A DNA stretch of 30,259 nt, taken from positions 1 to 30,259 of IMG/VR virus record IMGVR_UViG_3300034411_000253; one strand, written 5' to 3'. The notes under the pieces are model-generated. The model was not told the origin of the DNA. It searched no databases and saw only the letters and a list, made by a program, of their open reading frames with translations. This document shows, in pieces, positions 8,401-15,722 of the stretch; the first letter of the stretch is position 1, and the number at the start of each line of letters is the position of its first letter. Position numbers and translations under genes: made by a program. Source of the DNA: a virus (Duplodnaviria; Caudoviricetes).

Positions 8401-11400
8401 TAGATTTGGATTTATAGTTATCTTTATTTACTTTTTTTAAATACTTATTGTTATTAGTCCATAGATCACCTAAGCTTTCTTTAGCTTTTTTAGTACTGGT
8501 TGGTTTTTCTTTTATATCTTTAATTTGACTGTCTAATACATTTAGCTGAGTTTCAAATACTTTAGCTTGCTCTTTGCTTAAAGACTCTTTATATGAGTTT
8601 ACAACTTCAGCTTTATCAACGTCAGACATACCAGGCATAACACCTGCTTGTGATAAAAGTTGTGATTTTATCAACTCACTACCTATTAACCTTTTTATGT
8701 CACCAACATCACGACCAAGAATATCCACACCTAATCTATCAAGTTCTAATCCTTGCTCTTGAAGGTTTGAAGCCATGTCAGACAATAATAGCTTTTTCTG
8801 TTTATCATCTAATTTAGAATCTTGTATTAACGTACTAAGCTCGTTATTATTTATTCTAAGCTTGTTTATTTTTTGCTCAAACTTTTTAGTGGCATTGTAG
8901 TTTACCATACCAGAATAAGCAACACCTGGGCTTTGTGAAACACCTAATGTTATTATAGTAGACATAGCGGTATCGTCCCATGCACTAAGATCTAGTTCTC
9001 TATCAAGTATACCATATTCTGTTATAAACTGCTGACCACCATATATTAATTCTTCTTCAGCAAGCTCTCCAGCACCTCTCAGCAACAACGGCTTACCTAT
9101 CAAACTTGCTACTTTTTGATAATTACCTGCGTATAAATTTTGAGCTATACTTGTTAAAGATGTTGGTGATTTAAAATCTTTTAAAAGTTTTATAGTGTTA
9201 GGAGCTGTACCTAAAAACCTAGTTACAGTACCCTCGATTATACCATTAGCTAATGAAGAGTTTACAATTTGAGCATCGCTTATCTCACTCATTGCTTTTG
9301 TTTTGTTTATATCTCTCATAGTTTTAGTATAAGTATATAAATCTATTATGCCACTCTCATAAGCGTTTAAAGCTATTTTAGCTTGCTTGTCAGCTGTTCC
9401 AACTATCTGTTGTTGTGTTTTTAGATCACGATAAGTTTGAGCTCCTGAAGACAAACCAAATAAACCACCAATAGCATTAGCTGTCATAGCAGAAGATAAA
9501 CCAGCCGCTGAACCAACACCACCTGTAGCTATAGCTAAGGTAATATTAGCAGACTGCTGACCTAGTGTTCTAAAAAAGTAAGTACCAAAGTTACCGTCAT
9601 CATAACTACCCATCTTTTCAAAATAGTCATTTTTAGCGTTTAATCTTTGCTGCGCTTCTACAGCCCATTCAGCGTTAACTAAGGTGGGTGCTGCTAACAG
9701 TATTCCAGCAAAAGCATCATTAACATCTTTAGCTAACAAACCACCTATACCGTACTCTTTCATTGAGTTTCTAAAAACATCAGCATCAGCGGGATTAGCT
9801 GCGTAAAATTCCGCAACTTCTCTCTGCATGTTTTCTAAAGTAGCTGAATAGTCTATTTGAAGATTAGCAAAGTCATTTTGTAGTTTGTACATTTCTGACT
9901 GAGCCTGTTTAAGTTTTTTACCTTCTTCAGAACTAAGATTTCTATCGTTAGAAACTGAAAATATAGCCTCACCGCTTGGAGTGTACTCTATACTAATCTC
10001 AGTTCCTTCTGGTGAGTTATTTGAAATTTCTTTAGCTTTTGCACTTAATATATCAACAAACTTTTTTTGTATATTAGGAAGTTCTTTAACTTGAGCTTTT
10101 ATTCTTTCGTCAAACTTTTTTTTCTCAATTTTAGCAACACCTTGACCTAATCTAATTAAGTTTTGATCACCAGAGTTAGCCATTATTTTTTCTGCTATAG
10201 TAGAAGATCTGTCAAGTAATTCTTGGTTTTTTACTTCCTTAATACCAGCAATATACATTTTTTTAATAAAATCCTCACCTCCAGCTTCCTCTATTTTATC
10301 TACAATGTTTTCAGGTAAACCACGCCAGTTTCTCATTCTGATAATATCGTCATCTATTTTACCTGGTACTTTAACCATTTTATCCAGCTTAGCATTATAA
10401 ACCATTTCGCCTATAGCATTGCTTTCCATGTACTCTCTTATTTGGTCTTGCTCTTCCTCGCTAAAACCTTCTGGTAAAACCTGATTTACGTTTGCTATTA
10501 TATCTTCTGCATACGTGTTTTTAAAATACTTTAAATCTAAAGATTTATTAGATTTTATTACTTTTTCTTCAGCTTCAACTTCTCTAGCTTTTGTCTCTAA
10601 GTAATTACTAGTTGCTTCGTAACTACTTTTCTTTATAGATTCATAACCTTCATCTCCTAGATCTTCTTTCATAAAAGATCTTAACTTATCGACATTTATT
10701 TTTTCTTGAACAACAACTCCATCTTTTAAAACATTATAAGAATAAGGTTGGTATGTTCCATCTTTTCTAGAACCACTTGATTGATTTATAGACACGCTAT
10801 AACCTGTAGATTCTAAAGCTTTATTTATAGCTCTATCGTCTTTTGTTTCATCTAGCACATCAGCTAGTTGACCAACAGTGTTAACAATAAGCTCTTCGTC
10901 TGTTTGGCTGTTGTAAACTTGATCTAATTTTTTTAAAACATCTACAGCTTCATCTCTACCGTCTAAAGTAAAAGGCTGTAAATCTAATTCTATTGGTTTG
11001 TCTGTTCCTGGTAGTATTATGTTTAAAGCATTTCTAACACCTGTTTGCTCTATAAAAACACCTGGATAAGCATCCATTAAAAACTCCTGCACCTCTTCCT
11101 CTGTTTTATCTATAATAGACATAGGCTTGCTTATGTCCATATTAGAACCTTGATATGCTTTCTTTAACTTACTTCTTACATTAGAATATCTTTCATCAAG
11201 ACGCATCTTACCTGCTCTAGTACCATTGTACTTGTCACCAAATATACCTCCCGGTTCAACTTTTTCGTATTCCGATAAAATATCTTCCAACTGAGATTCC
11301 AAAGCGAATGTCTCGTCTATCTCCGTTGCTACAGGTACATTCTCTCCTGCAACAACTACTGGCTTTCCCTCTTCAGGTCTTAACACTGTACCTGTTCCTA

Positions 11401-11542
11401 CTGGTTCTTTTTCCTTTATCTTTAAATTAAAAGCACTTACGTATTCTTCTAAAGACATTTCTTCGTAATTAGCATTGTCTTGTACCTCAGCAAGTGTTAA
11501 TTCACCTAAGACTGGGTGTATGTAAATAGGATCTATTGCCAT
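2477..11542 (-). CDS. Giant (3021 aa) virion ejection / polyvalent protein with zincin HExxH and HAD domains
   Basis: Lies after two ejection-type genes at the end of the tail module. Contains a Gly/Ala hydrophobic segment (~9440-9550), VILHEFSH (7907-7921), and HAD motifs DFDDT / LTAR / K / TDD (4751-5260). Largely helical and charged elsewhere. Confidence 0.85.
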   Translation of the reverse strand: MAIDPIYIHPVLGELTLAEVQDNANYEEMSLEEYVSAFNLKIKEKEPVGTGTVLRPEEGKPVVVAGENVPVATEIDETFALESQLEDILSEYEKVEPGGIFGDKYNGTRAGKMRLDERYSNVRSKLKKAYQGSNMDISKPMSIIDKTEEEVQEFLMDAYPGVFIEQTGVRNALNIILPGTDKPIELDLQPFTLDGRDEAVDVLKKLDQVYNSQTDEELIVNTVGQLADVLDETKDDRAINKALESTGYSVSINQSSGSRKDGTYQPYSYNVLKDGVVVQEKINVDKLRSFMKEDLGDEGYESIKKSSYEATSNYLETKAREVEAEEKVIKSNKSLDLKYFKNTYAEDIIANVNQVLPEGFSEEEQDQIREYMESNAIGEMVYNAKLDKMVKVPGKIDDDIIRMRNWRGLPENIVDKIEEAGGEDFIKKMYIAGIKEVKNQELLDRSSTIAEKIMANSGDQNLIRLGQGVAKIEKKKFDERIKAQVKELPNIQKKFVDILSAKAKEISNNSPEGTEISIEYTPSGEAIFSVSNDRNLSSEEGKKLKQAQSEMYKLQNDFANLQIDYSATLENMQREVAEFYAANPADADVFRNSMKEYGIGGLLAKDVNDAFAGILLAAPTLVNAEWAVEAQQRLNAKNDYFEKMGSYDDGNFGTYFFRTLGQQSANITLAIATGGVGSAAGLSSAMTANAIGGLFGLSSGAQTYRDLKTQQQIVGTADKQAKIALNAYESGIIDLYTYTKTMRDINKTKAMSEISDAQIVNSSLANGIIEGTVTRFLGTAPNTIKLLKDFKSPTSLTSIAQNLYAGNYQKVASLIGKPLLLRGAGELAEEELIYGGQQFITEYGILDRELDLSAWDDTAMSTIITLGVSQSPGVAYSGMVNYNATKKFEQKINKLRINNNELSTLIQDSKLDDKQKKLLLSDMASNLQEQGLELDRLGVDILGRDVGDIKRLIGSELIKSQLLSQAGVMPGMSDVDKAEVVNSYKESLSKEQAKVFETQLNVLDSQIKDIKEKPTSTKKAKESLGDLWTNNNKYLKKVNKDNYKSKSTEDQIVAVINHVRESVSRESKRAAKANPEIVEIVENETINDKPLNNKQKEVRYRELGDQMALDRSRAISVAEGVSAKASDIFADINSVKIVEYTTEEELKEALENQGVDVNSEEYKNAVSKFNNGETYGAVMGNTIITQDKDQAKRDLDKGQIKAGTVILHEFSHIVDDARIKPENRKLYAENLAAAAAKTNNKAIEAVDKSVRSMLDNLYADENLTFENSEKYRDEYTKYMQEYLYAYEDEVQIEQEDSFMTRVFNNTNPNKLNTPEKALSYLAANNAAFRAGKVSKKTKKALQEFEGKDTKFSDKSTVNKLAVEYKNDPSSFNTGDKYFDFFTQYQSVALDAMGYNVAKGDILADEASQFVATEFESVIKNYKPVDKDGNKQAFTTYVFNVFKAGRANKFYKQEFAPKDFKQTRIGVGFDIAAQDSNETLEEREAREAKETVSKIDPRKFKIVSPDIKKLENLVNISQSDIAPFNADFKSISSKFGTKIASSIYNISEGKLDKNANLTYAKKIINGIPENSEAGRIQDDFRNDQEVRKFIKLLPPTNVTSKESEVGTKGEKIPVSKDVQGRSIGLKGRVLNYFYADKTGERSSGLSSQPFVRRLKPEFTGTISNETVKKLQEDMGITPMGQLNRYDRNIGTFLSGIAKLKGSIVANTIARDKASKLNQRSSRSPKQIQADIGAGRSDIQFSEKVKGILANPVFKLETRGVDGLLKAYGIDGTFKFKTREDVDKYVAEVKKNLLPLMPKDFWFGKPNKKGNYGTVFTPTSKVLGTTDIAKSLYKEYYVDQMKKLATDTNQKYGAPVRGVSDFSISGYDTLFKTKEIIKAKVKSGDIAAFNKKVGKIHQAMWYRFNKAIQSNKENAKVIGNYLKITGSDTGHWHKLGAQFVGYSNKITGSRFEYEHAMPATSAYLYLLDVSLSKSAFESAYDFVIDNYKLISLDKAMDKKLIAVGLRSEMPIGWNLLNNKWYDRYFSELVATVDGGIDPKGLISIDGVNFQNKYNINADGSPYIRGTFKPEAKSQVKKDNIADKAMRNARSPKYSEKIKKARVFDFDDTLAQTKSNVLYTMPDGTKGKIDAGTFAKDAGRMEAEGAVWDFSEFSKVMNGKKGPLFDVAKKIQDARGSEDIFVLTARPQDAAGPIKEFLGSLGLNIPLKNITGLADGRPQAKADWMLGKFAEGYNDFYFTDDHLGNVKAVKDVLSVLDVKSKVQQARIKFSEKLSDEFNSMIERNKGVDAKATFSDALARRRGQKQKRFSFFIPPSADDFRGLTMYTFAGKGKQGEADQEFFDKALIKPYMRGVGAVEQAKQRITNDYRALIKKYPKIKKKLRKKFEGTKYTTDEAVRIFLWDRAGFTIPGLSKTDQAKIVNLVSKNESMVQFADGVELVTRLDTFVEPNEFWDASTIIGDLSRVGRDVNRKEYLSEFIENVDIIFSPKNLNKVQAVYGFRVREALEDSIRRMKSGNNKTSGGGRLVESWNNWVNNSVGAIMFFNRRSALLQLMSSANFINWSDNNPAQAALALANQPQYWKDVIKLFNSDKLKQRRSGLEGDIQEAEIAQASRKGGMTGVISYLLKIGFTPTQIADSIAISTGGATFYRNRINTYKKQGFEADEAEAKAFEDFSAISDETQQSADPMLISGQQSSVLGRLVLAFQNTPMQYTRLIKKAGQDLINGRGSKKQNISKILYYGAIQNFIFNALQNALFALVPGFDDEDEDFETDKEKEKYDEKKIRGEENKIARISNGMVDSIVRGSGLAGAVAVTIKNTIREFIEYQEKPQFSRENADIILAALQISPPIGSKARKINAALQTLQYEKDVINERGFDVMIDGKFQLSPAYNMIGSLSAATLNLPLDRAVDEVNSITEALDTRNTQWQRLALALGWRSWDTGVKIEEHDLIKTKAKAARKLAGKEKAKETRKINKQKSKEYKAYRRKILYMIPDEVRQELYEKEKESGIKTPAFKLQKLEEKYNDLK

Positions 11543-11560
11543 TTTTTTTATTATATTTAA

Positions 11561-13216
11561 TTAACGATAAAGTTTCTTAGCTTGTTCAAAAGTCTTACCT
11601 TCACCAGTTGGGTCTCCATCTTTATTTTCTATCATGAACAAGTCCGTTGATGGCTTGTAAATAAGTTTTCTACCACCTGTTCCATCGCCTAAAGTTCTTG
11701 CTACTTCAAAAAACTCTTTTGCTGCATCTTCACCTTCTGCAAACACGTCTTTATATAATTTAAGTCTTCTTTCGTTAGCATCTCCAGTAAATTCTTTTGA
11801 ATTGTTGCTGTTATTCTTTGAAGGTTTAGAAACATCACTTTCTTCTATGTAAAAATATTGCTCCGTGCCTGGTTTAACATTGCTTACATCAACTCCAGCT
11901 TCTTTAAGTTCATCTATCTGCTCTTGCGTTATCATTCTCTTTTGAAGTTCTAATCCATTAACTTTTTGATTAACAAACTTTCCAGTTGCAGCATCTCTTT
12001 CTTGACCTAAGTTAAAATGAGTTAAAAAATCATCGTTAATATATCCAAGTATTTCTTGCTGAACATCCTCTTCTGAGAATTTTCCAGATTTGATTTGATC
12101 AGCATAATCTATACCAGCTCTACCTAAAGATTCTAAGTAGTTATAAGCATCTTGCTGATCTGTAGGATTTCCTTGCAGCATTCTTGTTATTGTACCTGCT
12201 TTAGCGTTAAATAAATTTTTCATAGAGCTTAATGCTCCTTCTATATTAACAAACTCCATAGACTTAACTTGGTCTAAGGTATCTCCTTTTGTTTTTGTTC
12301 CTGCTAATTTATGTTTATATTGCTTGTTTAATTGCCCGTTTTTTACTACATTAAACTCTTTAGCCTGCGCATTATAATCTATTTCAGGTATTATGTTTTG
12401 TCTAGCAATATTACCATCCCAACTACCGTCAGATAAGTTTCTGCTCCAATCAACATTTATATAACCGTCAACTACAGGGTATTTACTTTCATCACTATAA
12501 GAAGCCGCTTCTGGGGTTCCTGCTTTTATCTTAAACGAAAGTTTCATTATTGATTCAAGATCTCCTTTTGAGTTTTGTACTCTTTCAAAAGCTCTATTTG
12601 TAACTTCTACATTACTAGGCAGAGGCTTGTTGTATATACTAGAACCAACTAAATAGTTAGTATATTGTCCAGCCCCTGTACCAGATAAATAGTAACCTTT
12701 TGCACCACTAATTACTTTTTCAAAATCTTCTTTGTCAGCTAATGGTATTGCAGCTTCTTTAGAAAAGTTACTAAAAGTTCTTTGTTGGCTTGCTATAGCC
12801 TTTTGGTATTTTTTTCTTGTCTCTGAATCTAAGTCTAGATTTGAGTTAACCTCTGCAGCCATCTTTATAGTACCTATTCCATAGTCTTTTTTAAAACCCT
12901 TGTACTCATAAACACCTCCATACATCTCAAACTCAACTTGCTCTCTTGCTTGTTCTATAAAGCCTTTATCAGCGCCCTCATCTTCTAATTTTATAAAGTT
13001 AGCTTCTGATGCTTCTAGAGCTTTTTGCTCTGCAGATATATATGATTTTTGATATATTTCTTTTTTCTTTTGTACTATGTCAGCTTGTTTATTTCTAGCC
13101 TCTACCACTTGGTTAAAGCCAGACACTAAAGCTGCTGAAACTTGGCTAGACGCATCGGCCCAAGCTTTTGCACCGTATAAATCTTGTATTATTGTTGGAT
13201 TAGTATATGCACTCAT
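11561..13216 (-). CDS. Putative internal virion (ejection/cargo) protein, 551 aa
   Basis: Middle gene of a small/medium/giant trio typical of podovirus ejectosome loci, with a coiled-coil-like N-terminus. Function inferred from synteny only. Confidence 0.6.
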   Translation of the reverse strand: MSAYTNPTIIQDLYGAKAWADASSQVSAALVSGFNQVVEARNKQADIVQKKKEIYQKSYISAEQKALEASEANFIKLEDEGADKGFIEQAREQVEFEMYGGVYEYKGFKKDYGIGTIKMAAEVNSNLDLDSETRKKYQKAIASQQRTFSNFSKEAAIPLADKEDFEKVISGAKGYYLSGTGAGQYTNYLVGSSIYNKPLPSNVEVTNRAFERVQNSKGDLESIMKLSFKIKAGTPEAASYSDESKYPVVDGYINVDWSRNLSDGSWDGNIARQNIIPEIDYNAQAKEFNVVKNGQLNKQYKHKLAGTKTKGDTLDQVKSMEFVNIEGALSSMKNLFNAKAGTITRMLQGNPTDQQDAYNYLESLGRAGIDYADQIKSGKFSEEDVQQEILGYINDDFLTHFNLGQERDAATGKFVNQKVNGLELQKRMITQEQIDELKEAGVDVSNVKPGTEQYFYIEESDVSKPSKNNSNNSKEFTGDANERRLKLYKDVFAEGEDAAKEFFEVARTLGDGTGGRKLIYKPSTDLFMIENKDGDPTGEGKTFEQAKKLYR

Positions 13217-13228
13217 GTTTTGTACTTT

Positions 13229-13966
13229 TTATGGGTTAAACCAGGTTCCTTGCTGAGCACCACCAACAGCCGACGCCATACCAACTACTCCTGATACAGC
13301 ACTACCCCATGCTTGAGCTTTTGCTTGGTTAGCGGAAGCTTGATTCGCCATGGCTTGCTGTTGTTGTCCAGCTGCTCTAGCTAAATCTGCGTTACTTCTG
13401 TTTTCCTCTGTTTGCATTACAAATTGTTCTCCAGCCGCCATTTGAGTTTGCATTCTCTGTCCTTCTGATATTTGTATACCTTGTATTCTTTGTGCTTCAC
13501 TCATTTGAAGCATTTCCATTTTTTGTTGACCTTGCGCTCTTAATTTTTCATTAGCAACTTCTTGTTGTTCTATACTAGCTGATACTCCTTTTTTACTAGC
13601 TAAAGCTGCTTGTGCTAAAGCAGTTGCACCACCAGCGCTTGCACCTGTAGTTGCTAGTGTATCTAAAGAATTAGCTAAAGCCATATCAGCTTGTTCCATT
13701 TGTATTTCAGAGGCTTGAGTGGCAACAGACATACTAGCGAAAGGATTAGATACCATATCACTTAAATTAGAAGCTAAACTAGATAGATTACTATTACCTG
13801 CATAAGGATTTGTTATAGGAACTCTTTCAGCTTTTATTCTGTCTATTTCTCGTTGAGCTCTTGATGCTGCTCTACCGGCTCTTTTAGCGGCCTTGTCCGC
13901 TTGATTCGCTGACACAGCTCCACCTATAAGAGAAACTCCAGCTCCAATTGCTGCTATTGCTGCCAT
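13229..13966 (-). CDS. Putative DNA ejection / pilot protein, 245 aa
   Basis: Hydrophobic Ala/Gly N- and C-termini (MAAIAAIGAGVSLIGGAVS; WGSAVSGVVGMASAVGG) flank an Ala/Gln coiled coil, the architecture of T7 gp14 / P22 gp7-type proteins. Confidence 0.7.
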   Translation of the reverse strand: MAAIAAIGAGVSLIGGAVSANQADKAAKRAGRAASRAQREIDRIKAERVPITNPYAGNSNLSSLASNLSDMVSNPFASMSVATQASEIQMEQADMALANSLDTLATTGASAGGATALAQAALASKKGVSASIEQQEVANEKLRAQGQQKMEMLQMSEAQRIQGIQISEGQRMQTQMAAGEQFVMQTEENRSNADLARAAGQQQQAMANQASANQAKAQAWGSAVSGVVGMASAVGGAQQGTWFNP

Positions 13967-13967
13967 A

Positions 13968-14381
13968 TTATTTTATTTTTTTAATTATTTCATGTGATGG
14001 ATTTTCGTCCACCGTGTACCCTAATTTTTTGTGTTTATCTATTAGACTTTTGCTTCTACCTATACTAAGTATTAATTTAAAACCTCCATCATAAGCCCAT
14101 TGCTCTAATGAATCTATTAACAGTAGTATAGCTTGCTCTCTGTCTTTTTTAATTCTATATTTTGGATTTGATATTATCCACTCCATCCAAGCTATTTTTG
14201 AATTTGTTGCATATAGAAAACCCGCTACTATAGGTTCACCTTCTTTTTCTATTATTATTCCACCTGTGCCATTTTCAGGTAACATTTCTTGTGACAAAGG
14301 TTCCCACTCAGGCCAAGACTTCCACCATTCTACGATAGTGTTATAGTCTTTTTCAATTAATCTTCTTGCTGTTAATTCCAT
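13968..14381 (-). CDS. GNAT-fold-like virion assembly protein, 137 aa
   Basis: GNAT-like pattern (RRLIEKDY...GIIIEKEGEPIVAGFLY...EWIISNPKYR...HKKLGY). Lies between the nozzle and ejection genes, like T7 gp13 / P22 gp14. Confidence 0.65.
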   Translation of the reverse strand: MELTARRLIEKDYNTIVEWWKSWPEWEPLSQEMLPENGTGGIIIEKEGEPIVAGFLYATNSKIAWMEWIISNPKYRIKKDREQAILLLIDSLEQWAYDGGFKLILSIGRSKSLIDKHKKLGYTVDENPSHEIIKKIK

Positions 14382-14391
14382 TTAATTTCAT

Positions 14392-15687
14392 TTAATAAGA
14401 TGATTCAGAGTAGTTTGATGATAGCGCAAATAACTCATTTGTTCCAGAGCTAGTTGTGTTTGTAGCTCTTAATTTTACTGTTGCAAAGAATCCTTTAACT
14501 CCGGATATTGATCTACCGTATATAACCTCACCTCCAGTAGCAGCCGATGTATTTATTAAGTTTGCAAAATACTTATCTTCTTTTCTTTTAAATTCATTTC
14601 TAAATAAACTACTTTCCATGTTAGCTAGCGTTGTCGGTAAAGTGTATACCGCTATTGGATTTGCTGAATCTTCATTTGTAACAAAGCTTTCCATAGACCA
14701 ATTAAAATTACCTTCGTAATTAACTGTTTTGAATGTTTTTATTAAAGAAGGATTTGTGTTTAATATACTAGTAACAGTTGAGTCATACTGAACTCCGTAA
14801 AAATTAGCTCTAGGTAAAACACCACCATTATTATCTCTATCAACATAATGCTTGTATAAAGAACCACTTTTAGTAGAAAAGAAACTGTTTTGTATGCTAA
14901 ACATTTGTCTAGGTATATAGCTTAACGTACTTGTCCAGCCTTTTACTTGCTCGTCAAAAGTTACAGTTACCGGTAAGCCTGACGTAGAGGTTTGTAAAGA
15001 CAAAACATAAGCTTTATTATATATATCGTAACCACCTACAGCTTTTCCAGCTTCTAATATACCAAACTGATCTCTAAAAAAGTCATACATACCATAGTTA
15101 GATATTTCAGTTATACCATCTCTAGACAGTCTAAGAACAGATCCTTGAGACGCGTCAGTGAAATATTTTCTGTAACCATAAACAGCAAAAGACTCTGGAT
15201 TTTTTGCAATTCCAAATTCACCTGCATATGGTTGTATAGCTCCAATAACTACATTAGATGTAGTTTGAACTGGTAAACCTTCTTGAGTGTATATAGCGTC
15301 TTTATCTATTAAAGCTCTATTAACTTTTCTTTCTTGAAATATAGTTAAATTAGTATCTTCAGCGTATAGTTTTTGTATACTACCTTTTGATGGGTCTACA
15401 GTTCTAGTTATATCTTGACCAGATGGAAAAACATTTGTTTGATTTACACCTGTTCTAGAGTTTACAACGCCAGAATATATAATAGAGTTAGCTAAAAGTT
15501 GTTGGGTGTTTTCATCTGAAGCTAAAAAAGCTCTAGGAGCTAACCCGGTTTGTACGTTGTTATAGCCACCTCTAATTCTAGCTTCTTCAATATACCAATC
15601 ATACTCAGTTCTAGAAGGCCCAGTCTGTCTGTTTATTTTTTTTAAAACGTATGTGTTATAATATTTTACTGGTATAGCTGTAGCCAT
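14392..15687 (-). CDS. Tail muzzle / stabilisation protein, C-terminal beta-propeller part
   Basis: Motifs GSIQKLYAEDTNLTIFQERKV, YAGEFGIAKNPESFA, YFTDASQGSVLRLSRDGITEIS, FDEQVKGWTS and FKTVNYEG resemble the C-terminal half of crAss-like muzzle (P22 gp10 / T7 gp12-equivalent) proteins. Confidence 0.7.
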   Translation of the reverse strand: MATAIPVKYYNTYVLKKINRQTGPSRTEYDWYIEEARIRGGYNNVQTGLAPRAFLASDENTQQLLANSIIYSGVVNSRTGVNQTNVFPSGQDITRTVDPSKGSIQKLYAEDTNLTIFQERKVNRALIDKDAIYTQEGLPVQTTSNVVIGAIQPYAGEFGIAKNPESFAVYGYRKYFTDASQGSVLRLSRDGITEISNYGMYDFFRDQFGILEAGKAVGGYDIYNKAYVLSLQTSTSGLPVTVTFDEQVKGWTSTLSYIPRQMFSIQNSFFSTKSGSLYKHYVDRDNNGGVLPRANFYGVQYDSTVTSILNTNPSLIKTFKTVNYEGNFNWSMESFVTNEDSANPIAVYTLPTTLANMESSLFRNEFKRKEDKYFANLINTSAATGGEVIYGRSISGVKGFFATVKLRATNTTSSGTNELFALSSNYSESSY

Positions 15688-15722
15688 ATTTTTATTATTA
15701 CTTGTTTTTTAAATTATTTAGG

